DNA of 61,616 bases, the filler included, from Choristocarpus tenellus KU-1152 (taxonomy: Eukaryota; Protista; Phaeophyceae), in NCBI GenBank assembly GCA_964200185.2. It is 11 parts of 11 records of this genome, joined end to end, with 100 filler letters (N's around TTAATTAATTAA, not from the genome) between each part and the next. Parts side by side here need not be neighbours in the genome. Positions count along the whole stretch, not along the records: positions 50,004 to 53,929 come from CAXNAD020017107.1; positions 54,030 to 56,865 come from CAXNAD020024321.1; positions 56,966 to 61,616 come from CAXNAD020013635.1; 8 more parts are not named here. One strand, given 5' to 3'. Numbering within the stretch: position 1 is the first letter of the stretch; each line of letters begins with the position of its first letter. Under the pieces are notes generated by a model. It worked only from the letters and a program-made list of their open reading frames with translations. It was not told where the DNA came from and did no database searches. The position numbers and the translations under genes were made by a program. Shown piece after piece: positions 50,004 through 61,560 of this stretch.

Positions 50004-51821
50004 GCATGGCTTCCACTTTATTCCCCTACCAGCAACGTACTGTACACCTGCGTGCTCATGACTCAGGAAGAAAGGCACTTTTCGCGATAAATTTTTACGC
50101 GCGCGCCAAACTCGCGTGAATATCTCCCCGATTTTGTGCCAAGTCGCCCGAATACGAGAATTCCGGTACAAACTCCTATTTTTTAGCATGTCGAAAACAA
50201 CGGTACAAATGGGGTTTGGTACATAATATTTGGCATAAAATCGGGGTAGGTACTGTATAAGATAGGATGTTTACAATTATATTTACTTGAACACATTTCG
50301 AAATGGTGCTATGCGAAACATAGTGTAATAATTCATCCCCTCCAAGCTGTACATCAAGGAATCACAAACCATACCACCTTAACTTGGATTATGGCAGGTA
50401 GTACGTCAATCGCACTAAAGGGAAGGTGGAGGTCACAACAATGTTTATTATGATTGAACGTCTATGGTGAGAATCATGTTATCGACAGTAGTAGTCGGAA
50501 ATTGTGGTGTGTGGCGAATTTCATGTATACCGTCAAAAAGTTGAGAGATCAACTTTGCACATCAGTAAGATGACGAATTCACCCAATAATCCTAGTATGG
50601 ATGGACAGGTTGTGGGTTTTGAGAAAAAAACAAGAGAATGATCATATCATAGTTGAGGCATAAACAAGACAAAAAAAAAGTTGGAAATCTATCTTCGGAT
50701 GAAACTTGGTCAAAAGGTTGAAAGATCCGAGGTAAATCGGAGATTTTGCATTTTGACTCCGAAAAACGGCAGAAAGTTTGAAGAGAAAATCATGTTTTCG
50801 AATTTCAGGCGAAAAAAATCCGTTTTTCGATCGTTCCACGTTTCTTCAGAGCGTCCCAAGCAGAAACCTGACCCTAAAGTTATAATTGCGAAAATAGTGT
50901 TTTTATTGTCCCGTACCTTGTTCCTGCGCAGGTATCTTTGCCCTGTGTGACCTTGCCCCTAAACACTACCATATCCGTTGCCAGGGCAAACGTTCGAAGG
51001 GTTTTTTTCCTCCAGGTCTCCTCCTCCTCCTGTACTGTGCTGAATCCCAACACTAGATACTGATATTCTAGAACCTAGAAGTGACATTAATTTCATCAAA
51101 TCTCCAGCATTCGTGGTAGGATAAGGAGAAACATTATATTCCTGGTCCTATTACTTGTTCTGAACATTGAAGCAGCTATATATATTATACTTCATGTTGG
51201 GGGGCATGAGACAGGTAGTAATGGCTCAAAATGGCAGTCTTGCATATAACCGTTGGGAACTTGCAGTCAGGATTTGGGTGTATTGAACTTGCGGATTATA
51301 TGTTTATATTTCGTCCATCACCTAAGCCTACTTACCCCCTGGCAGGCGAAGACAATGCCTGAAAACCATTTATTTATGGTTATTTCACTGGATCCCTCTC
51401 TTTGATGATTACCTTTATTAATCGACTAATTAAAAAAAATACAGACTGGATGGTGGGGGACTGTCTGGGACTGAACAGGATTGAAGTAAACCTCAGAAGA
51501 AAAACACCTAAATCCTGACCATCGAGGTTGTAATTGCAATTCAATTCAATGGAACAATGAATGTTGTGGGATTGTTCAACCTGACACGAGAAGAGAAGCA
51601 AGGAACAAAGGGACCCAGCACAATTATTATGTATATTAGCGCAACAGTTCGATCAAAGTATTGATATTTAGTACGAAATGTTGCGGCTTGTGCAGTCCTA
51701 GTGACCACAGGTCAGGATAGTCTCTAGAATAGAGAGGGGAAATACCATGCATGTAACAAAATGAAGTACTTCAAAGTAATACGACAATTGTAAGAAAAAC
51801 GTGAGTTGAAAAATCAAAATA

Positions 51822-51906
51822 TCTCGAAGCGGAGATTCGAACTCCGGACCAATGGTTGACTACCTTCCATCTACAGACCACCGCTCTACCCCTGAGCTAC
51901 TTCGAG
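51822..51906 (-). tRNA. tRNA-Tyr (anticodon GTA) with 13-nt intron
   Basis: Acceptor CTCGAAG/CTTCGAG (C1:G72, A73), D arm GCTC/GAGC, anticodon arm GTGGT-CTGTAG[ATGGAAGGTAGTC]A-ACCAT with the intron at 51858-51870 (canonical 37/38 position), T arm CGGAG-TTCGAAT-CTCCG. Confidence 0.95.
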
Positions 51907-53169
51907 TTAGCATCTTACAGAAATACATACATTTAAATAAACTTTATCTCCATCACAACCAAGGTTGTCGAAAATAGTTGAGTCTGGGATTCCTTTCCCT
52001 CCAGTCTCCTGAGTTGTGGATGTATTGAGGACTGTCTAGTACTGCTAATGCTCTATTTTACCGTAGTAAAATATCATGCTATTCAATAATATTTTTCCCA
52101 TCTACAGGTAGTAAGTAGAAGAGCTCTAAGTAACATCCACAGTGTGAATTAATAACAACAGATGGAGATAGAGAAGATCATCCATTTTGGGCCAAACCAA
52201 ATGAGAGGAAAGCAAGCTTAGACTTCTTTGCTGTCTAGCCATATTTCTTACCCTGTGCAATACACTCAAATTCTCTGCTTTATATACACATAGCACACGC
52301 AAAATTGATATTCCCCCTTTCCACACTCAAAGTCACACCACATTTCAACAAATGCCCTTTCTGTAAATATACAAAAAGGCATATTTTTTCCCTTTCTCTG
52401 GATCCTTTATACGAAACTCTGCCTATCTCTCAGTTAGTTTGACTCTTTGCTCAATGACAAACGTTCTCAAATACAAGGACAGTAGCCTCCCAATGCGCCT
52501 ACTACACCATCTTCTACTTGGTAGTAGTATAATTTACTTGTTTTTGCACCCAACCCTCTTCATCTTGTGTTGTTGGATTAGTTTTTCATGCTTGCTGCAT
52601 TGCTTCCCGAATATACCTTCTACAGAGCAGTTTTTGGGGTGGTTTGAGGCGAGCAACAAGAAAGAGCAGCAAGTGAGTCCCTATCTTCGACTTGGAGTAG
52701 AGTGACAAGAGTGGAAGTCAATAATTGTTCACGTATATGAACCATATTGTAAGCCACATTGTGTTGTACCTTGGACAGATGATATGAACTCTGCGGTGAG
52801 TCAAGTTGCATGATCTCCTATTAACAACTGGAGTACATCTCAATAACTGGTGCTCGAGTAACTGTTTTCCATCTGAAGATGAATAGTGCCCGAAGGAAAC
52901 AAGTGCGATTTAAACCATGTTGCCTTTTTATTGATATGCACTTGACATATTGTCCAAGATATAGGGGTGAACGTCAACCTCACTACCCTTGCAATTAGAC
53001 TCTGGGTTGTTATATTAGAGCACTGTGTATATGTGGAGTGTGCGGCAACAGTGGAATTATGTCTTGAAATGCAACTCAATATCAATCTCCAGACTCCTGA
53101 TCGAGTGTTAAGTTGTTTGTGTCCTACTGTCAATTCTTTGTTTTCGTTGCCTTTCATTGGCTTGTATCT

Positions 53170-53343
53170 GGGTCAAAGTATCTGGGGGAGTGGCGGCTGT
53201 CCATTCGGGGTCCATTTTCCATGTCGCGATTCTTGAGTGATTTAGTTGCATGCGTCGGATGGATGATGTAAATGCACTTCTCCTGGTCAGGGCCTGGATG
53301 GACACTTTGGAGTAGACACTCCCCCCCGACAGATATTTGAGCC
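53170..53343. mobile_element. MITE family A copy (another terminal fragment at 53895-53929)
   Basis: GGGTCAAAGTATCTGGGGG ... CAGATATTTGAGCC. Confidence 0.85.
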
Positions 53344-53929
53344 ATCTGTTACAAATCCCAAATTCACATACCTAGTGGGCATAGGGTAGTACCATCAATG
53401 CTCACTGGCACATGCTGAAGAGAAGGCGCAAATGTTACAGGCCAATAGTGCAAGTATTTCTTCCCGTGCTTTAACCAGCACAAGCAGTGTATGCACGTGT
53501 GCAACCAGCATACTTGACGACTTGTGCATCAAGAGTCCTGCACGTGCAGCAGTATCGTCTGTAGGTTTGTGGACTGGAACTATGCAGTCCATGGAGGTGA
53601 GCTATGGAGCGTGCTGTAACAAAACATCCCGTGGAGGTGAGCTTTGGAATGTGCTATAACGCAAAGAGCTGTGATACATATTTAGCTGGATCTCTCACTT
53701 TGATTATTACTTTTTTTGGTTTGATCGAGAATATAAACAAAAGGGGGTAGATGGTCTGGGCAGATGGTCTTACATTGAGGGAATAAAAAATAGTATGATG
53801 AACTTAACAAGCCCAACATAGAAGATCTGAGATTTTAACTTAACATTGGCGTTTATAAAACCGTCATTATCACTTGCCATTTATATAACATACCGGGTCA
53901 AAGTATCTGGGGGGGGGGTGGTTTGTGAG

Positions 53930-54029
53930 NNNNNNNNNNNNNNNNNNNNNNNNNNNNNNNNNNNNNNNNNNNNTTAATTAATTAANNNNNNNNNNNNNNN
54001 NNNNNNNNNNNNNNNNNNNNNNNNNNNNN
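53930..54029. other. Artificial contig linker
   Basis: N44-TTAATTAATTAA-N44. Confidence 0.98.
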
Positions 54030-54172
54030 GGTAATAAGCTCAAATGCATTTTTTTATTCCCCCCCCCCCCCCCCCTCCACTTGTTTCTAGTCCAATTCAC
54101 TATCTCCTGAAGGCCCTCAGTCATCCTAACCCTAACCCTAACCCTATCCCTATCCCCAACTGTAATGATCAG

Positions 54173-55136
54173 GTGTTCAGTTGTGGCTGCAGCCAACCCA
54201 ATCGGTGGACGTTATGATGCATCTCTCACCCTGGCTGAGAACGTTGAGCTGACTGACCCCATACTTCAACGCTTTGACTGTCTCTGTGTTCTCCAAGGTA
54301 TGTATGTTATCATGTTATTCACGCATTGGGAAAAATAAAAATAATTATTTTTTTCGAGGATAGTTACTGCTGTTAGTAAGTAGCGTGTACAATGGTTAAT
54401 ACTCCGATAGGAGATTGATGGAGATTGAATGTAAATTGAATGAAGACAATTTACTGTTGGAAAATGAAAAAATTGAAAGAGGAGATGTATGTGTGTATTC
54501 CTTGTACCTTAGCTCGCTTTGTCTCTCTTTGGAGTTTTTTTTTTTAAATTTGGTTCAAGCTGCTAAATGCCACATCAAATAAACTTGCTACTGTATTTTT
54601 GTTGATTGTTTTGTTAATAAAATTAGTAATCATTATTTTTATTTGTAATAGTTACAGTTTCGCATCGTGTACAATGGCCATTCAAAATGCGTAGAGATAC
54701 CCAAGCCACAACAAGGGACATATGCCAAGGATTGAAGTACAAATAATTCCTATCACGTGGTGGATGATGATGAATGATGATGATGAATGATGATGTTGAC
54801 GATTTGCCTTTTTGTTGTTGTATCCGATACTATTTTTTTATTTTCTAAATTTTTCTCACGTAGTACACTTTAGACAATTTAAACAAGTCGTCATTGTGAA
54901 GAATAAAATTAATTTTAATAATAATATTAATGAAAATAATAATAACCCTCACAGTCCTATTCCTCCCCCCTACCAATAACAAAAAAATAAAAGACACAGT
55001 AGATCCGGTAATGGACGAACAACTTGCCGAGTTTGTTGTGGAGAGTCACCGGAGGAGTCATCCTGCAGGTGTAACTGCCAAGGAGGGTGAAGGTGAAGAG
55101 GTTGAGCCAGAGAACGTGGCTATCATCAATGATAAG
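54173..55136 (+). CDS. MCM2: DNA replication licensing factor MCM2, two internal exons
   Basis: Exons 54173-54297 ([41 protein letters not shown]) and 54994-55136 ([24 protein letters not shown]...) cover sensor-1 (AAANP) and the Arg finger; D.VDP..DE.LA.FVV.SH..SHP is characteristic of MCM2. Confidence 0.92.
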
Positions 55137-56409
55137 GTGCAGTTGTTTATTCTTTATTAAACGAGATCATGATATTATTATGTGTATATGTGTGTATGTA
55201 TATATTATATTTCATTTTATTATATTATATTATATTATTTGTCGTGGGGGGAAGGGTTAGTTCGTAGATTTATGGGATGGTCACAACCACAGAGAGCTTC
55301 GTGGACTTGTGTGAATACTTCAAGAGGAGCGAAATGGTGGGTGGTACATAATATTAATGACATTAATAGTATATTGTACTAATATTGATAAAGTGATGCT
55401 AATTGTGTCAGGGAAAAGATTTGATTTGTCAACAGTGCAGCGATCGGTCTGGACATTACCAATGGGGTACAGAACAGTACCTTTTCTCAACGACGTAGTA
55501 GTAGTACATAGCATTTATTTTTTTCTGTTGTTGTTGATTCCTATTTGATCGGTTGGTTTGAGTTGAGGGAAGAATCCAGACGAATGCGTCTGATTGGCTG
55601 ACTGCGATGTGCACTGTGGACTACATACAATTCCTGCCACGCTATTGGTGGGAGTTCTTTCTCGTGATTGGACCGTAACACAACAGCAGGGAACCGATGG
55701 CTCGCACATGCCTCCAAGGTGATTTTTTCGTAAGTCATTGGGCTATTCCATCGCCCTTTGTTGTTGAAAACATTGATAATATTGTGTTGTGAAGGTATAT
55801 AATGGTATTTTTTTTTTTTTGAGCCCTACTTTAATTTTTTTTGTGCAAGATGAATGAATGCTCTTAGTACATTTTATTCTTGTGTGGTGTTTCACAGTAT
55901 TTGATGGGGGGGGTTTTGTACTCTAAACTAACCCTAACCCTAATATGTGTATTGAGTATGCTGTATGGCATGGCATGGAGGTAGGCGGGTATTGGATTTA
56001 GTTTTAGGGCTATCCAAATAGTGAAGAATGAAGAGTTGGTTCTTGTTTGTTGCTATATTTTATTGTAGACATGATTTGGTGATGTAAGGCCATCTGTCTA
56101 GTAAATTTAAGTTGAGTATGTCGTCATATTGCTTGCTTGAAAGACCACAGATACACATCTGTTTTAGAACAATTATGGCATTCATTGTCTACCCTTTTGT
56201 GCCCTTACTCATCTTTCCTCCTCTTCTAAGTACAACTCATCTCACGTAAACTTTATGCAGATAAATTTATTATTATTTTTTCAGAACGCGGATATTTGCG
56301 TTGGATTTGAAAAAATAATAATAATCGGAAGTCATTCCGAAGAGGTACACGGATAAAGGAACAGGCTTAAAGGATAGAGTGTTGGCAGTCGCCTCTAGGA
56401 TCAGACCAG

Positions 56410-56774
56410 TCTTGATTTATTTATTTTTTAAAGGTTTTGCCCAAAGAGTTAAATGACGATCAGCATGCCAAATGAAATTAGCTCTTGATACACTAAGCTA
56501 TCGATTTACGAAAAAAAAAAAAATTTTCGCAAAAATTATTTTGGTAGGGTTAAAATAAAATATTAACCGAATGTTTTTGGCACTACATTCGGTTAATAAA
56601 AAGAAAAAGGTTTCTAAGGGAATGGATCACGCCCAAAAAAATATTTTTTTTTTGCGGAAGAATTTTCTTTTCGTAAATCGATAGCTTCGTATATCAAGAG
56701 CTAATTTCATTTGGCATGCTGATCGTCATTTAACTCTTTGGGCAAAACCTTTAAAAAATAAATAAAAATCAAGA
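56410..56774. mobile_element. Foldback element / long inverted repeat (~135-bp arms)
   Basis: 56410-56544 is the near-perfect reverse complement of 56633-56774; the spacer holds a second perfect 14-bp hairpin. Confidence 0.85.
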
Positions 56775-56865
56775 ATGATACCCGCCAAAAACGGTAAGTG
56801 GGCGGGTCTCGACTTAGTACTATTTAAATCACTCACACGACACGGTGAATTGAACCAACCCGATA

Positions 56866-56965
56866 NNNNNNNNNNNNNNNNNNNNNNNNNNNNNNNNNNN
56901 NNNNNNNNNTTAATTAATTAANNNNNNNNNNNNNNNNNNNNNNNNNNNNNNNNNNNNNNNNNNNN
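56866..56965. other. Artificial contig linker
   Basis: N44-TTAATTAATTAA-N44. Confidence 0.98.
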
Positions 56966-58166
56966 ACCCTAAGATTCGCTTGTACTCTTTTTCTTTTTTT
57001 TTTGGGGGGGGGGAGGGGGAGGAGGAGGGGGAGGCGAGGGGCTATTGCACAGGAGACCCGGTTGTTGTTCTCCATTTTTGGATGATTAATCTCACTTTTT
57101 TGTTCTTTTTTGCAGGGTTTAAAGGTACTGCATTAGATGCGCATTGCATTTCAAGCATGATATTAATTAACCACACGTTAGATGGCCCTTGTATTTATCA
57201 TTAATATCTTTTTTATCCATACGTTGTGACTTGGTCCCGACAATCTTTTTTTTTTACACGCCTGCGCAAGGGCGGTTGGATTTCGGTAAATGTGTAAGGC
57301 GTTCTGTGGGAACTCTAGGTTGAACTTGTTTTGTTGGCAACGGTTCTTTTACCAGTGTTCTGGATGGAGTACGGACTTGGTAGACGTGTGCAGTGGGCAT
57401 TGTTATTGTTACACTGCCGAGGGAGTATGATGTCATCCTGCTGAGGGGAGGAGGCTACAAGCCAAGCGCTCCTAACGTTACTTGTGCCTTAGTTATTGTG
57501 GAGGTTAGTTATGATGGAGGTTAGTTATTATGGAGGTTTTTGTCACCCTCTTTCTGCTGTGTAGGGGGTACTGAGGTGATATTGTAGGGTAGAATCTATG
57601 CACGGTGCTATCTACAAGACATGCCTGGAGGGCATCGTTGATTTTCAAAGGCCTCTATGACTGTCCTGTGGGATGTATGTATGTATGTATGTATTATGTG
57701 TCTATGTGTGTATTATATATGGATGTGTGTGGGTGTGTGTGTGTGTGTGTGTGTGTATGGTTTTGAGCACTATGGAGAGAGAGAGAGGTCTTGGCTAACA
57801 ATTTGTTTTCTGCTAATCTTCTTCTATCATAGTACCCTCCTTGGGAGGGTTGACTGCTGTTTTCAGTCAGGCATGGGCATGGTGCATAATTTGCACAAAT
57901 TTCAAAAAAAGAGGATTCCAGCTCAAACGGGCCTAAAAAAATTGGATTCCCCCTCTGAAGATTTTACTCCCCATGGGGGTTGGTTGATTGTAGGGGGTCC
58001 ATTTTAAGAAGGATTTTCATGGATTATCCAACTAATGGTAACATAAAGTTATAATGACAACGCCGGCAAGTCAAGAGGTCAAAGCATCTTTCCATTCTCC
58101 CCATGTGTCTTGTGTGGCATTTTGCATGTTTGCAGGTATAGCCATAGAGCCAAAGATATAGCCATA

Positions 58167-58428
58167 GAGCCAAATTATCTTAGAGGGTAGAACCGTGTCC
58201 ATTTTTGGGGCCAAAATCCAATGTTGCGATTTTGATGTAATTTTGTCTATCGTGTTTGTTAGGAAGTGTCAATATCCTTGTTCCGGACATACCTTTTCAT
58301 GACGTACACGTTCTACCTACTCCGAAATATTTTGGAGCAGTAGGAAAATGCCATAAGAACCCTTAGGGTAGCCAAGCCCCAAATGGACAAACAGGGCAAA
58401 ACTCGTACCCTCTGAGATACTTTCACTG
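58167..58428. mobile_element. MITE family B copy
   Basis: GAGCCAAATTATCTTAGAGGGTA ... TACCCTCTGAGATACTTTCACTG. Confidence 0.87.
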
Positions 58429-58669
58429 AGAACATCGAGGGATGGTGGGAAGGGAAGGTGGACAAACGGAACCTAATAGACTAGGAGAACATGAAACAGA
58501 GTCTTTCTATACTTTACAACAGCAAGCACCTCCTTCTATTGCCTAAGAAAAAAAATGCTGGTGTATTGACTGTGCTGTGCATGGACCTTGAACCCCTTTC
58601 TGAACTATAGTTGGCAGGCTCACCGGTCGATACATCCTTTGAATTTTTTTTTGCGCTGCTCCCTGAACT

Positions 58670-58992
58670 TTCTTATTTTATATTATGTTGTATTGTATTA
58701 TCTTATCTTATCTTATCTTGTGTCATCTTATCTCCTATTGTCTTCTATTATCTTATTTTGCATTGTATTGTGTTGTATTATATTATATTATCTTAGCTTA
58801 TCTTCTATTATCTTATCTTATATTGTAATATATTATATTATATTATCTGGTATTATCTTATCTTATCTTATCTTATCTTGTGTCATCTTATCTCCTATTA
58901 TCTTCTATTATCTTATTTTGCATTGTATTGTGTTGTATTGTATTATCTTATCTTCTATTATCTTATCTTATCTTATCTTATCTTACATTATC
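58670..58992. repeat. Degenerate pentanucleotide (TCTTA/TATTA/TATTG)n tract
   Basis: Direct reading; source of the spurious Ile/Leu/Tyr-rich ORF 58588-59196. Confidence 0.92.
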
Positions 58993-59023
58993 TCTTTTTT
59001 TTTTCTTCCTTGGGTTGGCGTAG

Positions 59024-60649
59024 ATGACATCGACTCGCTTGATGCCGCCTTCGTGCCCGGAACTGGTTGGCCAGAGCCAGGAGGACTCCTTCCAAGGGAG
59101 GCTCACAAATTGGTTGGAGGGGTGGCCAAGGAGGGACTGTGCGGAATCGAGCTGGTTGAGGTAAGGATATTGTTCTGCACTGGAGTGCTTGAGTGAAATT
59201 ATCTTAGAGGGTACGAGTTTTTTTTCCCTGTTTGTCCATTTGGGGCTTTGTGTCCCATGCTGGGTTTTTTTAATGACATTTTACTGACATTTTACCTACT
59301 CCGAAATATTTCAGATGAAAAGGTGTGTCCAGAACAAGGATATTGACACTTCCTAACAAACACGATAGACAAAATTACATCGAAATTGCAACGTTGGATT
59401 TTGACCCCCAAATGGACGCGGCTCTACCCTAACCCTAACCCTAAGATATACTTTGGCTCGTTTGTGTGTATGTAGGAATGGGTTGAGTAGACATGTGTTA
59501 CTATTATTTTTATTATTATTATTATATTATTATAATAGTTGTTTCTATTAATTTTTTTTGTTTGTATATCTGTATGTATTGTCAACTTTCCAGGAGTTCG
59601 TATTATTATTATTATTATTATTATTATTGTTGCAGTTACGAAGCTTTGTTTTTTTTCTTAAAGTGAATGTAATCGTATATTTCATTCTTTTTTTTTCTTG
59701 TTCTAGTACATCTTCGATATATAGTGAAAATAATTAATGATTTCACATGCGTAACGGTTTTGTGCTTAGAGGAGCGTGCGTGTCTGTATGTATGTACTCT
59801 GATGGAACATCTACACCTGTGAATAGACTTGATTAGAAAAAAAAAATGATTTTACAGTGTGGGACTTAAGACCACCCAAATTACTCCTTGAAATTTACAT
59901 TGCTACGAACACCTTTGATCCTGCTCCAAGCAAAGGGCAGAATTTTTATGAAGTCCCTCATGATCTAGGACATGGTGGTTCCAGGTATGGTAGCCCTCCC
60001 CTCACCGACTGCCCCCATTCACACTCCTCCCTATTGCAGTGTCCAATAGTCACACACAAATATCACATGATAGATAGGAGATCGAGCACTTGAGTGAGAT
60101 CGTTGTTCAAGAGTGGGGATGAAAGGGGAGGAGGTATTACGTCCTCTAGGTGACAACAAACAGCCCCCAAGTGAGAAGGAAGGACCATACACCAATTTGT
60201 CACTTCTTGGGGAACAACAGACGGGATGGCCGGCTTGAGCCGATGTTGACCAAAAAAGAAAAGAGGCGTGCGCGCTTAGAGTGTGTGGCTTGCGTTAGTT
60301 ACCATCTCTCTATCGAGACCTCGAGAATTGCTGTTGTTGAAGAGATTTTGATCACTGCAGTGAATGAATGAGGGGGGGTATAAAAGAGACATGAAAAAAA
60401 AAAGAGGTCGTGACGGTATATATATATTATATATATATTATATATATATAAGAGCTGCCAGATATTGTTATTATTATTTCTATTATCGACAAAAAAAAAG
60501 TGTTTCTGGTTTGTTATTTTTGGCAGTGTACTACTCTTACAAAAAAAAACGTATTAGAATTGGTGCAGGTAGTGTGTGACTGACGTTCATTGAGTGTTTA
60601 CCGAGGCTGTAGCAGGGATTTTTTGTATAAACTAGAAGGCGTACTAGCG

Positions 60650-60682
<33 letters not shown>

Positions 60683-61560
60683 TTTGCGGGAGTGTTCTGT
60701 GTCGGTATCTCAGACAAGAAAATTGAGCAAGTGGTTTTCTTACAAAGATATATATATATACTTTTTTTTGTATGGTTGCATTTTTAAAAATATCTTTTTT
60801 TCTTTCAAAATCCACACGAAAAATGTTTTTTTTCATGTTTTTTTTTCCTGAATTAAAAAAAAAATGTCTATGAAGATGTTTATGCCGTTCTTGGAGGGAA
60901 CACTTTCCTTTTTCTTATTTACAGAGAGTTGAGGGAACATCTGTACAACAGTTTGGAATGTGCAGTGTTCTTTCCTTAGGGCCCAGTAAGGCTTCCAGAA
61001 TTGCAACAAGAAGAACACTCAAGGGTATGCCCAGGCCAGACATTTGAGCTGCTTATATCGTCTAGCCAGACATGTGAGTTGCACATCATAGGCATACCTT
61101 CATAGAGCACCTCTTTGTGTATGCAAATAGAACATACACCCGGAGTAGACACGTTACGAAAAATGGGTTAACGCCCCCTCCCCAAGGTACTGGAGCCCTT
61201 TACGTACCTACTCAGTAGGATCTCTTGTATGCAACAGCCCAGTTGTTTTTTACTCTGATGGGACCTTGCATGGGACGCCGTAGAGCTAAGGTGTAGGTAG
61301 TATCTTGCTCACAAAGTACCACCCCATATTTAATGCTTTTCACCTAAGCTGATTTGCAGTTCTCACTTCCCTAACCCTAAGCTGCTAAATCCTCCCACCC
61401 CCGCCCTTGCCCATTCCAGGTTAGCCCCCCCTACGATGTCAGTGATACTACCGCCTTGCAGGGTCTCCGCATCATTGTAGAGGCATTGGGATCCCTTGTG
61501 AGCCATGGCAAGATGGGCGCCCATAAACACATCATCGATAAAGAGTTCACCCCTTTTTGA
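59024..61560 (+). CDS. Arginase/ureohydrolase-family enzyme, probable guanidine hydrolase (GdmH-like); last two exons
   Basis: Exon 59024-59160 (xDIDSLDAAFVPGTGWPEPGGLLPREAHKLVGGVAKEGLCGIELVE; AG acceptor, GTAAGG donor) splices in phase 0 to exon 61420-61560 (VSPPYDVSDTTALQGLRIIVEALGSLVSHGKMGAHKHIIDKEFTPF*). Contains the DxD metal ligands, EVSPPYD and Trp in PGTGW. Confidence 0.88.
59191..59459. mobile_element. MITE family B copy in the final intron of the ureohydrolase gene
   Basis: GAGTGAAATTATCTTAGAGGGTA ... ACCCTAACCCTAACCCTAAGATATACTTTGGCTC. Confidence 0.85.

Noticed and set aside
50004-50950. AT-rich, CpG-retaining segment resembling a transposon end
   Set aside because: No terminal repeat, second copy or protein motif visible in the window to support a call.
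7708-56965. Regularly recurring TTAATTAATTAA palindrome flanked by Ns
   Set aside because: Artificial six-frame-stop linker. It also means no biological gene cluster can be inferred across contigs.
58588-59023. 202-aa hydrophobic membrane-protein ORF
   Set aside because: The N-terminal three quarters translate a pentanucleotide simple repeat in an intron; only 59024-59160 is coding.
59024-61560. Plain agmatinase call, or bacterial contamination
   Set aside because: Trp replaces the agmatinase Thr in PGTGxP, and the gene has a GT-AG intron containing a host MITE.
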